Shown: positions 8,309 through 18,247, counted from the first letter of the stretch. The stretch: DNA of 26,907 nt from Candidatus Latescibacterota bacterium (GCA_016187725.1 JACPJE010000266.1:1-26907); one strand, 5' to 3'. Made by a program: numbers and translations. Notes: a model not told the origin generated them from the letters alone.

Positions 8309-9463
8309 TCAGCGCTCCACCTTCACCCCCCAGGGTCCCTCGACGTAGGGGAAGCGTTGCTCCACATCCTCTGCCAGTTCGACGCCCAGGCCAGGGGCGG
8401 CGGGCAGCTCCAGGTGTCCGTCCTTGATGAGAGGCGGGTTGCGCAGCATCTCCCACTGCAGCGGTCCCTGGAACATGTTCAGCTCCAGCACCCGCGGGAA
8501 AGGCAGGGCTGCCACCAGGTGGGCGTTGGCCATGGTCATCAGCCCGTTGTGCCAGTTGTGCGGGCACATGGGCACGCCGAACTCCCAGGCGCGGCGAGCG
8601 ATGCGCATGCCTTCGGTCAGCCCGCACCAGCCGCCGTCGGCCTGGACGATGGCGTAGGCCTTCTTGGCCAGGTACGGCTCGAACTGCCCGACCGTGGTGT
8701 ACTGCTCCCCGCCGGTGATCGGCAGCTTCACCGCGGCGTTGAGGCGGGCGTAGCCATCGACGTCGGTCTGGGGGATGGGCTCCTCGAACCAGGTCCAGCC
8801 CATCTCGTCGAGGGCCCGGGCGATCTCCAGGGCCTGGGCCTCGCCGAAGCGCTGGTTGCCGTCCAGCATCAGCTCCATCCGCCCGCCCACCGCCTCGGTC
8901 ACCTGGCGCAGCAGGGCGATAAAGCGGGGCACGGTGACCCCGGCCCACTCCCAGTGGGTGCCGATGCGCATCTTGAAGGCGGTGTACCCGGCGGCGGCGT
9001 ACCGGGTGGCTTCGTCGACCACGGACTCGGGCCGGCACTCCCAGTCGTAGTTGACCCCGCCCGAGGCGTAGAGCCGCACCCGCCGGAGGGGCTGCTGCCC
9101 GGGGGCGGCCAGCAGTTCGGCCACTGGGCGATTGGCGATGCGGCCACGCAGGTCCCACAGGGCAGCGTCGAGGCCGGCCACTGCCGTGTCCACCGGCGCG
9201 TTGAGACCCACCGGGCGCGGGGCTAGGTCCGGTTCGCGCGGATCGCGGCCCAGCAGGTTCTGCTTCAACCGCTCCACCTCGGTGCGGATGCGGGGTGGGT
9301 CGCCGTACGCGCAGGCTTCGCCGATGCCCCGCACTCCTCCATCGGTGTCGATGACCACCACCGCGGCGTCGGCCTTGGGCACCAGAAAGGTGGCAGTGCG
9401 CCACTGGCGTTCGGGCTCGTGGGGGCGGGACAGGCACAGGGTGCGGATGCCGGTGATCTTCAT
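8309..9463 (-). CDS. enolase-superfamily protein (mandelate racemase/muconate lactonizing enzyme family, sugar-acid dehydratase-like), 384 aa
   Basis: MKITGIRT... N-terminus typical of the galactonate/rhamnonate dehydratase subgroup. Metal-ligand pattern LMLDGNQRF / FEEPIP / VQADGGWCG. ATG 9461-9463 with GGAG 9 nt upstream. Stop TGA 8309-8311. Confidence 0.8.
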   Translation of the reverse strand: MKITGIRTLCLSRPHEPERQWRTATFLVPKADAAVVVIDTDGGVRGIGEACAYGDPPRIRTEVERLKQNLLGRDPREPDLAPRPVGLNAPVDTAVAGLDAALWDLRGRIANRPVAELLAAPGQQPLRRVRLYASGGVNYDWECRPESVVDEATRYAAAGYTAFKMRIGTHWEWAGVTVPRFIALLRQVTEAVGGRMELMLDGNQRFGEAQALEIARALDEMGWTWFEEPIPQTDVDGYARLNAAVKLPITGGEQYTTVGQFEPYLAKKAYAIVQADGGWCGLTEGMRIARRAWEFGVPMCPHNWHNGLMTMANAHLVAALPFPRVLELNMFQGPLQWEMLRNPPLIKDGHLELPAAPGLGVELAEDVEQRFPYVEGPWGVKVER

Positions 9464-9581
9464 GGTCTGACTCCGGTGAAATTGGCTCGGTGCAGGTTAC
9501 TGGCTGGGGGTTCCCTGTTTGGGCAATGTACAGGGTACACTAAACAAGCGCTGAGGGGGGCGCCATCCACAGGAGGGAGCG

Positions 9582-10322
9582 ATGAGACAGTGGGCAGCCT
9601 TGCACGAGGACGTGGTTTTCGGCAGGAGCGGGGGCCGGATCATCTGGCAGCCGCGCATCCTGTGCTGGTACACCGACAAGCAGTTCGTCGGCGAGCCGCT
9701 GCCGGCCCCGTACACCGGCCTGCCCATGCCCGAGATCTACCGCAAGCTGGGTTGCTCGGACCGGCTCTACAACTGGTACAACCCCTGTTTCCGCCGCGTC
9801 GAAGACCCAGGCGTGCAGGTGCAACAGGAGCCACTCAACGAGACCGACACCAGGATCACCATCCACACCCCGGCGGGGGCCCAGGTGGCGGTGCATCGCC
9901 GCACGCCCAATAGCTGGCACCACATCAGCCTCAAACGCGAGGTGGAGAGCGAGGCGGAGTTGAAGGTGGCCGCCTGGCGCGAGGAACGCGCCACCTGGGA
10001 ATGGGATCAACAGGCCTTTGACCGGGCCCAGCGCGAGGTGGGGGATCTGGGGGCGCCGGCCATCTTCATGCCGCGCATGAACGTGCAGAGCCTGTACATC
10101 GAGAAGATGGGGGTGGAGGGCGGGGTCTTCGCCATGCACGACTGGCCCGATACCACCGCGGTTTTCTTCGCTGCCCTGGAGGCCTGCCACGACCGGCTCA
10201 TCGAACTCTTCGCCCCCAAGCTGGTGCTGGGCATCTCGGACGAGATTTCTTCCACGGGGGATATTGAGCGGGTGCGGCTTGTGGGGGATATTGTGGAGGA
10301 GTACAATGCGCGGTGCAAATAG
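9582..10322 (+). CDS. hypothetical protein, 246 aa
   Basis: ATG 9582 with AGGAGG 5 nt upstream. GC3-biased with a diverse composition (W/Y/F/H-rich). I could not assign a family. Divergent from the enolase-family gene. Confidence 0.5.
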   Translation: MRQWAALHEDVVFGRSGGRIIWQPRILCWYTDKQFVGEPLPAPYTGLPMPEIYRKLGCSDRLYNWYNPCFRRVEDPGVQVQQEPLNETDTRITIHTPAGAQVAVHRRTPNSWHHISLKREVESEAELKVAAWREERATWEWDQQAFDRAQREVGDLGAPAIFMPRMNVQSLYIEKMGVEGGVFAMHDWPDTTAVFFAALEACHDRLIELFAPKLVLGISDEISSTGDIERVRLVGDIVEEYNARCK

Positions 10323-10333
10323 AGGAGCGTTGC

Positions 10334-10788
10334 ATGAGTGGTGAATGGACGCAGTGGCGGGGCGACAAGCAGCGCAGGGGCCGGGCTGGGGTGGTTGGGC
10401 GGATGGCGCGGCCCCGGATCGACTGGAAGCATTTTGTGGGCTGTCGCGAGGACTGGATCGCCATCAGGCCAGGGAGTGGGGGACGGTTCGAACTGCCCGT
10501 CGGGGAGGTGGAGGCGGATCTGGAGGCCGTGTCGCGCCAGTACGGGCTGGCCCGCTACCTCGATGTGGACGGCTCGGGCAACGCGGTCAAGGTGGCCGAG
10601 TCATCGGGGTGCCGGTTCCACCCCCTGCTGCCGGACACACCCGGGTGGTGGTGGCGGACGTGGACGGGGATGGCTTCGCCGAGATCCTGGCGCCCTGCAG
10701 CGATGGGTACCTGTACTGTGTGAAGCCGGGCGCAGAACAAGACCACCTAGCCGAGAATTCCAGAGAGGCTGCGGAAAATTTATACTAG
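10334..10788 (+). pseudogene. small FG-GAP/PQQ-like beta-propeller-repeat protein, apparently frameshifted near 10615-10640
   Basis: ATG 10334 with AGAGGAG 6 nt upstream. Frame A gives MSGEWTQWRGDKQRRG...YLDVDGSGNAVKVAES... and stops at 10723. Frame B continues ...HTRVVVADVDGDGFAEILAPCSDGYLYCVKPGAEQ... to 10788. Both frames carry the DxDGDG repeat signature. The switch lies around a C5 run (ttccaccccctgctgcc). Confidence 0.4.
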
Positions 10789-10842
10789 GGAGGCCGGGGG
10801 GATTTATATTATTGCAGGATGCTCTGCAGAGAGGAGCAGGCG

Positions 10843-12858
10843 ATGGTCGTGCCATCTGCGCATACTACCTGGCGAGCACGGGGTCTCATGGCCGCCCTGT
10901 GGCTGTCGCTGGCCACTGCCGCCCAGGCCCAGATCTCCTTCTGGCAACTGGGCGGCGGTGGCCTGTCTTGGGCAGAGAGCGACACGACGCGGGTGATGGT
11001 GGCCGTCGACGAGCAGGCCAACACCATCCAGCCGGTCTATTTCTCCGAGGGCGACAACATGATGTTGGCCGTGTCGGGTTGGTCAGAACTGAAGATCCCC
11101 CGCGAGCTTGGCTACATCGACGGCCACCAGCCGCGCCTGTGGCTCCAGGACGGCACCAGCGCCTACTTCACCTCCTACTATGATAGCCCCCTGTACGTGG
11201 ATGGCGACCGCAGCACCTACAACACCGCGCGCCTGGGCTGGTGGACCATAGACCTGGGCGTGCCGGTGCCGGCCAGGCGCTTCGGTTTTCTCACCCCTAC
11301 CGAGGGCTTCCGCTCGGACGGGGTGCCCTTGAACCAAGATCCGGTGCCGGCCTTCGAGGTGTCTGTTTCCGAGGAGAGCGATCCAGCCCTGGAGCTGAGG
11401 GACTACCACCGCCTCAACACCCTGATCGCCGATGTGCAGGAAAACTTCGCCGAGGAGGTGGAGATCGAATTTCCCCCCCAGTACGTGCGCTTCATCCGCT
11501 ATAACCGCAACGCCTCGGTGCTGGACGAGCAGACCATCAGCAATACGGTCCGCGGCACCATCGCCGAATTCGTGCTCCACGGCCAGGGCGTACCCAAGCG
11601 GGCCATCTACTTGACCCAGATCATCGACCTGGGAGCGGAGGTGAACTTCGGCCGCATCTTCTGGGCGGTCAGCACCTGGCGCATGGTAGCCGGGGCGCCC
11701 GTGGAGACGCCAGGGGCCCGGGCCTGGGTGGAGGTCGAGGCGCGCAGCGGCCGGGACAGCGATCCCAATGTGTACCACGAGTACACGGACTCGGGCAAGG
11801 AACTGTTTGTATCGCGCCAGCGCTATGAGCACGAATTGCGCCAGCCCGAGACCGAGGGGGTGCTTCAGCTCGACCGGCGCCCTGGAATACAGGCCTCGAT
11901 CGCCTATGATCTGGAGAACTGGAGTTTCTGGTCCATCCCCCTCACCCAGTCGGGTAGCCTCCTCGAGCTGCGCAATGGCGCGTACCTGCAATTGCAGATC
12001 ACCCTGCAGAGCCGGGCCTTCGGCGATTTCGTGCGCCTGGACTCTGTGTGGATTGAGCAGTCGCCGCCCCTGGCCGACCAGGTGCTAGGCGAGGTGGCCC
12101 TGCTGGACGAGCCTCGGCCAGCGCTCGGCTTCACCCAGGTCGAGCTGGGCCGGCGCGCGGCTTTTGCCTATGACCTCAGAGCCATCTTCGCCTCGGCGGC
12201 CCAGGGCGGCTTTGACGCGGTGCGCCTGCGCGCCGGCAGCCGGCCGCGCTTTTTGCGCCTGGAGATGGGTGAACCCCTGGTCCGGGTAGAGCCGGCCGGA
12301 GTCGCCGAAGAGGAGGAGGGGCTGGTCGTCCTGCTGCCGGAGAAAGTGACCGGCCAGCGCAATGTGCCCGCGCGCGTGGTCTTTGACACCGAGGTGTTTC
12401 TGCACGCCACGACCTTCGAAGGCGAGGTCTCCGATTCAAAAGTGGAAAGCCTGCCCCAGCCAATCGAACCCGGGGATGCGGGCGACTATATTTCTACCGG
12501 CAGCCTGCGCGTGCTGGGCGGCCGCGGCCGGACGCCCGGTTTCATCGAGGATTTAGAGCTCTCCGGCGCTGTGGTGACACCCAACGGCGATGGGATCAAC
12601 GACCGGCTGACCATCCGCTACAATCTGTTCCTGTTGCCCGAACCCATTCCGGTGGAGTTGAATGTGCACGACCTGCAGGGCCGGCGCCGTCTGCACCTCG
12701 AGGTGGGCGCGCAGGAGGCCGGGCCCCAAGAGGTGTTCTGGGACGGCCGGGACAACGAGGGGAGGCTGCTGGAACCGGGCATCTACCTGGTGGACATTCG
12801 CCTGCGCTCCGAGCTGAAAGACCTCCGCCAGGTGCGCCCGGTGGGTCTGGCCTACTAG
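10843..12858 (+). CDS. secreted discoidin (F5/8 type C)-domain protein with a C-terminal T9SS-type-B-like (CHU_C) sorting domain, 671 aa
   Basis: ATG 10843 with GAGGAG 6 nt upstream. Signal peptide MVVPSAHTTWRARGLMAALWLSLATAAQA/Q. Discoidin-like signatures (VDGDRSTYNTARLGWWTIDLG...; PQYVRFIRYNR). C-terminus SGAVVTPNGDGINDRLTIRYNL...LHLEVGAQEAGPQEVFWDGRDNEGRLLEPGIYLVDIRL matches the FTPNGDGxNDxF gliding-motility / T9SS type B C-terminal-domain motif. Confidence 0.75.
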   Translation: MVVPSAHTTWRARGLMAALWLSLATAAQAQISFWQLGGGGLSWAESDTTRVMVAVDEQANTIQPVYFSEGDNMMLAVSGWSELKIPRELGYIDGHQPRLWLQDGTSAYFTSYYDSPLYVDGDRSTYNTARLGWWTIDLGVPVPARRFGFLTPTEGFRSDGVPLNQDPVPAFEVSVSEESDPALELRDYHRLNTLIADVQENFAEEVEIEFPPQYVRFIRYNRNASVLDEQTISNTVRGTIAEFVLHGQGVPKRAIYLTQIIDLGAEVNFGRIFWAVSTWRMVAGAPVETPGARAWVEVEARSGRDSDPNVYHEYTDSGKELFVSRQRYEHELRQPETEGVLQLDRRPGIQASIAYDLENWSFWSIPLTQSGSLLELRNGAYLQLQITLQSRAFGDFVRLDSVWIEQSPPLADQVLGEVALLDEPRPALGFTQVELGRRAAFAYDLRAIFASAAQGGFDAVRLRAGSRPRFLRLEMGEPLVRVEPAGVAEEEEGLVVLLPEKVTGQRNVPARVVFDTEVFLHATTFEGEVSDSKVESLPQPIEPGDAGDYISTGSLRVLGGRGRTPGFIEDLELSGAVVTPNGDGINDRLTIRYNLFLLPEPIPVELNVHDLQGRRRLHLEVGAQEAGPQEVFWDGRDNEGRLLEPGIYLVDIRLRSELKDLRQVRPVGLAY

Positions 12859-12868
12859 AGGTGTGCTC

Positions 12869-15226
12869 ATGATCTCCTCGGTCAGATGGCTGCGCTGGGC
12901 CTTTGGGCTGGGCTCCCTGATTCTGGAGGCAGGGTCAGGCCGGGCCGAGGTGTTCACCATCGACAGCGCCCCGGAGTGGCAGACCTGGCAGTTTCCCCAG
13001 GGCCTGGTGCAGATCAGCCAGGCCGGGCACCTGGAGCTGACCCGGTTCCGCAGGGGGATAGATCCGGTCCGCGACGCGGAGCAGTTCACCCACCCCACGG
13101 TAACCCGCGGCCAGGTGTCCGGGGGGATCTGGCGGGCGGCCTCCAATCCGCAGGCGGCCGCCCGGATTATCGATGGAGACCGGCGGACCTCCTGGAAGCC
13201 CGAGGCGGCCGACCCCCTGGCTGCCTGGGAGGTCGAGATCGACCTGGGCCGCGCGGTGCTGGTCCGCCAGCTCCGCCTGATCTTTCCCGACGAAGAGGGG
13301 GCGCACCCCTTCAGGCAGTTCAGCGTGTACGTGGCCACCGGGGCCACGATCACCATCGCGGACGACCTCTTCTCTTTCGACACGGTCTATCAGACGACCC
13401 TGCCCAACACTGAGCGGGAGATCGCCATCGACCTGTCCGGGCGCAAGGACACTACCAGGGTGCTGGATCCGGGCCTGGACCCGGAAGACGAGTCCGGCTT
13501 TCGCGTCGTCCAGTACATCCGCTTTGGCGCCGATGCCAAAAGCGAGGATGCGGCGCTGGCCGAAATCGAGGTGGTGGCCGTGGGCGACAATATAGGCCTG
13601 GGCGCCCTGGAAAGGGGTGGCACCTTCAGCGCCGGGCTGGTGACGCGTGATCCGCAGTTCATGATCGACGGCAACATGAACACCCACGCCAACAAGTTCA
13701 CGGTATTCCGCGTCAGCGGCGACTGGAAGGCAGATGGCCTGTGGTGGGAACTGGACCTGGGCGCCCTGTTCTGGCTCGACGAAGTCTTCCTCTACTTCAA
13801 TGACCCCGGCGAAGGGGCCTCGGGATCGACGACGCGCAATGCCGGCACGGGCTTTGCCTTCCGCTTCTCCGAAGGGAGGCGCACTACCTCGGGCGAGGTG
13901 GACTACACCCCGCTGGTCGCCGAAGGAGACGAGCAAGCCCCCTTCTACATCGAAGACCGGCACTTTCGCTACCTCTTCGCCCCGCGCCAGGTCCGCTACC
14001 TGTTGTGGTACGGCTTTGTGACCCCGCAGGAATGGCACGCGCGCGTCCCGGAACTCATGCTCTTCTCTCCGGGATACCCGGCCCAGGTGGTGCTGCGCTC
14101 CGGCTTCATCGACCTGGGGCGGATCGCAGGGGACAACCGGCCCAAGGCTATCAGGAGCCTTTCCTGGGAAGTGGAACTGCCGCCCAGGACGCGCATGCAG
14201 TTGCGCTCGCGCTCGGGCAGCTCGTTCAAGGAGGAGTACACCTTTCACGACAAGAAGGGGGAGATCGTCACCGAGGCCAGGTGGAACAGCCTGCCCAAGG
14301 CCGTCAAGGGGCCGGTGGACACGGTGCTGGTGGCAGGTGGCGACTGGAGTCCCTGGAGCAATTTCTACCAGCTCTCAGGCGAAGCGTTCCAGTCGGAGAA
14401 CCCCAGGCGCTTCCTCCAGCTGGAGGCCATCCTGTCCACCGATGATCCTGAGGTGGCGCCGGTGCTGCGCTCGCTCGCCATCGAATACGAGGACGCGCTG
14501 GTGCGCCAGGCCCGTGGCCGCCTAGAGCCGCGCCAGGCCAGGCCCAATGAAGCGACGCGCTTTACCTATACCTTGTGGCCCAGCGTCGGGGAAGACGACA
14601 GCGGCTTCGACGCCCTGCGCCTGGTGGCGCCGGAAGGGCTGATAGACGCAGGGAGGATCGAGGTGCGGAGCGGCGAGGAGAGGATCGCCCCGGCAGAGGT
14701 GAGCGTGAGTCAGGACTCGCTGTGGGTGTTCCTGCCCCAGCAGCACAGAGCAGACTCGCTGGAGTTGAGTTTCACCGCCCGCCTGCTGCGCAATGCCACG
14801 GTCTTCGCCCTGGACCTGGGCAATGCGGCTCGCCCGGGGCTGTGGCAGTCGGTGGAAGCGGTCGAGCGGGGGGCCAATGTGGTTTTCCTGCCCGAACTGA
14901 CGGGCAGCCAGAGACTGATCCGCGACCTGGAGATCATCCCGCCGGCCTTCACTCCCAACGGCGATGGGATCAACGACCAGCTGGAGATCCGCTTCGCGGT
15001 GCTCAAGGTGGAGAAGGCCCGGCCCCGGGTGCGCATTTTCGATCTGGCCGGCCGGCCCGTGGCAGAACTGACAGAGGCAGGGGGTGGCCTCGCCAAGGTC
15101 TACAGATGGTCGGGGATTGCTGCGGATGGCCATAGGGTGGCGCCGGGGGTGTACCTGTGCCATATAGACCTGGGCGCTGAGGTGGGGAAGGAGGCAGTGG
15201 CGCGCTCCATCGCGGTGGTGTACTGA
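12869..15226 (+). CDS. secreted protein with two discoidin-like domains and a C-terminal T9SS-type-B-like (CHU_C) sorting domain, 785 aa
   Basis: ATG 12869 with AGGTG 5 nt upstream, 10 nt after the previous stop. Signal peptide MISSVRWLRWAFGLGSLILEAGSGRA/EV. Discoidin signatures IDGDRRTSWKP...WEVEIDLG...VVQYIRF and MIDGNMNTHANKF...WWELDLG...QVRYLLW. C-terminus FTPNGDGINDQLEIRFAV...VRIFDLAGRPV...YRWSGIAADGHRVAPGVYLCHIDLG. Paralogous C-terminal domain with the previous gene. Confidence 0.75.
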   Translation: MISSVRWLRWAFGLGSLILEAGSGRAEVFTIDSAPEWQTWQFPQGLVQISQAGHLELTRFRRGIDPVRDAEQFTHPTVTRGQVSGGIWRAASNPQAAARIIDGDRRTSWKPEAADPLAAWEVEIDLGRAVLVRQLRLIFPDEEGAHPFRQFSVYVATGATITIADDLFSFDTVYQTTLPNTEREIAIDLSGRKDTTRVLDPGLDPEDESGFRVVQYIRFGADAKSEDAALAEIEVVAVGDNIGLGALERGGTFSAGLVTRDPQFMIDGNMNTHANKFTVFRVSGDWKADGLWWELDLGALFWLDEVFLYFNDPGEGASGSTTRNAGTGFAFRFSEGRRTTSGEVDYTPLVAEGDEQAPFYIEDRHFRYLFAPRQVRYLLWYGFVTPQEWHARVPELMLFSPGYPAQVVLRSGFIDLGRIAGDNRPKAIRSLSWEVELPPRTRMQLRSRSGSSFKEEYTFHDKKGEIVTEARWNSLPKAVKGPVDTVLVAGGDWSPWSNFYQLSGEAFQSENPRRFLQLEAILSTDDPEVAPVLRSLAIEYEDALVRQARGRLEPRQARPNEATRFTYTLWPSVGEDDSGFDALRLVAPEGLIDAGRIEVRSGEERIAPAEVSVSQDSLWVFLPQQHRADSLELSFTARLLRNATVFALDLGNAARPGLWQSVEAVERGANVVFLPELTGSQRLIRDLEIIPPAFTPNGDGINDQLEIRFAVLKVEKARPRVRIFDLAGRPVAELTEAGGGLAKVYRWSGIAADGHRVAPGVYLCHIDLGAEVGKEAVARSIAVVY

Positions 15227-18200
15227 ATGCAACGCTCTCCTTGTGCGGTGCTCCTGGCGCTGATGCTAGCCGGCGCCACAGGGGCACAACAACTGGAGAT
15301 TCCCAATCCCTCTTTTGAGGAGGGGCAGGGGCAGCCGGCGGGCTGGACCCTGGCGGGGAACGGCGAGTGGGCGCAGGGCGGGGCCGAGGGCGAACGGGCC
15401 CTGCTGGTGAGCGGCGATGGGGAGAGCACCAGTTTCTGGCGCTCGGCGCTGCTGTCCCTGAAGCCGGGCGGCCTTTACCTGCTGCGCTTCAGGGCCCGCG
15501 GTCTGGAAGGGGGCGGCGGCACGCCCACCAGCGGGCCGGTCTTCTGCAACCGCGATCTGGGCGATCTGGGCAGTGAGTGGGGGGAGCAGACCTCGGTGTT
15601 CAAGGTGCCCGATTCCCTGGAGGCGGAGCGGGCCTGGCTGCGCTTCGGCCAGTGGCACCTCAAGGGGGCGGTGGCCTTCGACGCGGTGGAGCTGGCCGAG
15701 GCCCAGCCCGTCTACACCCGCAGGGGAGATCTGATGTTGGGCGAGGGCGAGGAAATCGACAGCCGGCGCTACACCTTCGCGGCTCCTTTTCACAGCTCCT
15801 CGCGCAACCACAGCCGGCCCCTGGCCGCCCAGCGCTGCGACTTCAACACCAACCGCTGGGTCTTCGGGGCCGGCAGCTACGCGATCTACCGCCACGAGCT
15901 GGCTGGCCGTCTTCAGCGCGACGCCCAGGTGGCGGTGACCATCGGGTATTACCAGGCCGGGGAACTGGTGGTGGAGGCCAGCGCCGAGGGCGGGCAATGG
16001 CGGGAGTTGGGCACCCTGGGCGAGGCGGGCAGCCGCAGCTTCGCCCTGCCCGGCGAGCTGCTGCCGGCACCAGTGATTTGGGTCCGGCTGCGCGCCCAGG
16101 CCAGGCAGGCGCTGGGCGCCAATTCGGACCCGGGCTCCTTCCAGATCCACAACTATACTTACCGTTCGGTCGTGGAGGGCGAGCCGCTGCGCGTGCAGGG
16201 GCACACCCAGTTTGTGGTGATCCAGGGCATTGATCCCCGGTTGCAGGTGCAGGTCGCAGGTCTGGGCGAGCAGGTGCCCGGCGGCGACAACCGCATCGCC
16301 GTGCAGATCGAAAACACCAGCGGGGGCACCCTTTCCCTGGTGCAGGGGGTGCAGGTGAAGGGGGAAGGAGTTGTGGCACAGATGGACACTGCGACCATCG
16401 CGCTGCCGCCTGGACCCAGCTCCCGGTCTCTTCCCTATGCTCTTCCCGGGTCTGGCAGCTTCTGGGTGGAGTACTCCCTGGGCGAGTTCCGCGCCGGGAC
16501 CTGGGTGTACCTGCCGCTGCTCTACGCCACAACCTACGGGGAGCAGTTGCCCGGGTCGAGGGCAGATGTGGGTCTGTGGTGGGCTTCCTCCGGGTGGAAG
16601 GTGAGCCGGCAGCGGCCCCTGCCCCAGGCCAAAGGCCAGACCCTGCGCATCCGCGCTGCCCGCGACGAACGCGAGGCTGCCCAGCTGGTGGTGCGGCCCG
16701 ACCGCAAGCTGCGCGGCCTGTGGGCAAGGCCTCAGGACCTGAGCGGGCCGGAGGAGGCCCGCATCGGGGCCGGGCAGATCGAGATCCTGCGCGTGGGGTA
16801 TGTGCCGGTGGCCCAGCCCTCGGATTACAGCGGCGCAGCGGCGCTCTGGCCTGATCCCCTGCCCCCGCTGAGCGAGCCCATCGACATTCCCGCCGGCACT
16901 GACCAGCCCCTGTGGGTGCGGGTCCACGTACCGCCCGGGACGCCGGCCGGGCTGTACACCGGCGCCATCGCCCTGGAGGCTGAAGGGTTCAGCGCCCTGG
17001 TGCCCCTGCAGGTGGAGGTCTACGATTTTGCGCTGCCACGGCGCATGAGCTGCACCACGGCCTTTGGCTTCTCGCCCGAGGAGGTCTTCCGCTATCAAGC
17101 GCTCTCCGACCCGCAGCAGCAGCGGGCGGTGCTGGACCAGTATCTGGAGAATTTCAGCGCCCACCGGGTCTCGCCCTACGACCCGGCCCCCCTCGATCAC
17201 TTCGAGGTGAAATGGTCGCCGAACCTGGAGCCCAGCTTCTCGTGGCAGGCCTGGGATCAGGCCATGAGCCGGGCCATCGACACCCTGGGTTTCAACTCCT
17301 TCCGCCTGCCGGTGCAGGGCCTGGGCAGCGGCACGTACCACGACCGTACCGAACCGAGCCTGCAGGGCTTTGGGGAAAACACCCCCCAGTACCAGCAGGG
17401 CCTGCGCGCGTACCTGGGCGAACTGGAGCGCCACCTGGAGGAAAAGGGCTGGCTGGACGAGGCGTACGTGTACTGGTTCGACGAGCCCGACCCCAAGGAC
17501 TATGCCTTCGTGATGAAGGGTTTCGGCAAGCTCAAGGAATACGCCCCCCGCATCCGGCGCATGCTCACCGAACAGGTGGAGCCCGAATTAGTGGGCGGGC
17601 CCGACATCTGGTGCCTGCTCACCCCGGAGTGCGATTCCACCGCCATGACCGGGCGCCAGCAGGCCGGCGACGCCTTCTGGTGGTACGTATGCACGGTGCC
17701 CAAGGCGCCCTATGCCGGGCTCTTCATCGACCACCCGGCGACGGAAATGCGGGTCTGGCTGTGGCAGACCTGGCAGCGCAACCTGCAGGGGGTGCTGGTC
17801 TGGCAGACCAATTACTGGACCAGCGAGGCGGCGTACCCGGAGCACCCGCAGAATCCCTACGCCGATCCGATGAGCTGGGTGAGCGGGTACAGCACCGAGC
17901 GGGGTAACAAGCTGCCCTGGGGCAACGGGGACGGCCGCTTTCTGTATCCCCCCGAGGCGGCGGCCAGCGGCCAGGCGCATGAACCGGTGCTGACTGGGCC
18001 GGTGGACAGTATGCGTTGGGAAATGCTGCGCGACGGGATCGAGGACTACGAGTATTTCGCCATCCTCAAGAAGCTGTTGGCCGAGCAGGGGGCGGCCCTG
18101 GAGGCGGAGGAGCGCCGCACTTACGAGGCCCTCCTGCAGGTGCCCGAGGTGGTGAGCGCGGAGCTGACCCGCTTCACCGGCGACCCGGCACCCCTCGAAG

Positions 18201-18247
18201 CGCACCGCCACGAATTGGCCAGGGCCATCGAGGCGCTGGGCCGGTAA
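15227..18247 (+). CDS. secreted glycoside-hydrolase-like protein with an N-terminal CBM4/9-like module and DUF4091-like (GH123-like?) C-terminal region, 1006 aa
   Basis: ATG 15227 directly abuts the upstream TGA (TGAATG). Signal peptide MQRSPCAVLLALMLAGATGAQQ. NPSFEEGQGQPAGWTLAGNG is a CBM4/9-type opening. GLYTGAIALEAEGFSALVPLQVEVYDFALP, then WGNGDGRFLYPP and MRWEMLRDGIEDYEYFAIL, are hallmarks I associate with DUF4091-containing glycosidases. Confidence 0.6.
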   Translation: MQRSPCAVLLALMLAGATGAQQLEIPNPSFEEGQGQPAGWTLAGNGEWAQGGAEGERALLVSGDGESTSFWRSALLSLKPGGLYLLRFRARGLEGGGGTPTSGPVFCNRDLGDLGSEWGEQTSVFKVPDSLEAERAWLRFGQWHLKGAVAFDAVELAEAQPVYTRRGDLMLGEGEEIDSRRYTFAAPFHSSSRNHSRPLAAQRCDFNTNRWVFGAGSYAIYRHELAGRLQRDAQVAVTIGYYQAGELVVEASAEGGQWRELGTLGEAGSRSFALPGELLPAPVIWVRLRAQARQALGANSDPGSFQIHNYTYRSVVEGEPLRVQGHTQFVVIQGIDPRLQVQVAGLGEQVPGGDNRIAVQIENTSGGTLSLVQGVQVKGEGVVAQMDTATIALPPGPSSRSLPYALPGSGSFWVEYSLGEFRAGTWVYLPLLYATTYGEQLPGSRADVGLWWASSGWKVSRQRPLPQAKGQTLRIRAARDEREAAQLVVRPDRKLRGLWARPQDLSGPEEARIGAGQIEILRVGYVPVAQPSDYSGAAALWPDPLPPLSEPIDIPAGTDQPLWVRVHVPPGTPAGLYTGAIALEAEGFSALVPLQVEVYDFALPRRMSCTTAFGFSPEEVFRYQALSDPQQQRAVLDQYLENFSAHRVSPYDPAPLDHFEVKWSPNLEPSFSWQAWDQAMSRAIDTLGFNSFRLPVQGLGSGTYHDRTEPSLQGFGENTPQYQQGLRAYLGELERHLEEKGWLDEAYVYWFDEPDPKDYAFVMKGFGKLKEYAPRIRRMLTEQVEPELVGGPDIWCLLTPECDSTAMTGRQQAGDAFWWYVCTVPKAPYAGLFIDHPATEMRVWLWQTWQRNLQGVLVWQTNYWTSEAAYPEHPQNPYADPMSWVSGYSTERGNKLPWGNGDGRFLYPPEAAASGQAHEPVLTGPVDSMRWEMLRDGIEDYEYFAILKKLLAEQGAALEAEERRTYEALLQVPEVVSAELTRFTGDPAPLEAHRHELARAIEALGR

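Noticed and set aside
7410-9437. ORFs 7410..8348(+), 8141..9226(+) and 8211..9437(-)
   Set aside because: They overlap the APH-like and enolase-superfamily genes in the wrong frame or strand. Their translations are Arg/Pro-rich and low-complexity.
9540-14248. ORFs 9540..10190(-), 10338..11183(+), 11083..11991(-) and 12935..14248(-)
   Set aside because: They are antisense or out of frame to genes with signal peptides and discoidin/C-terminal-domain motifs. There are no SDs and the composition is typical of artifacts.
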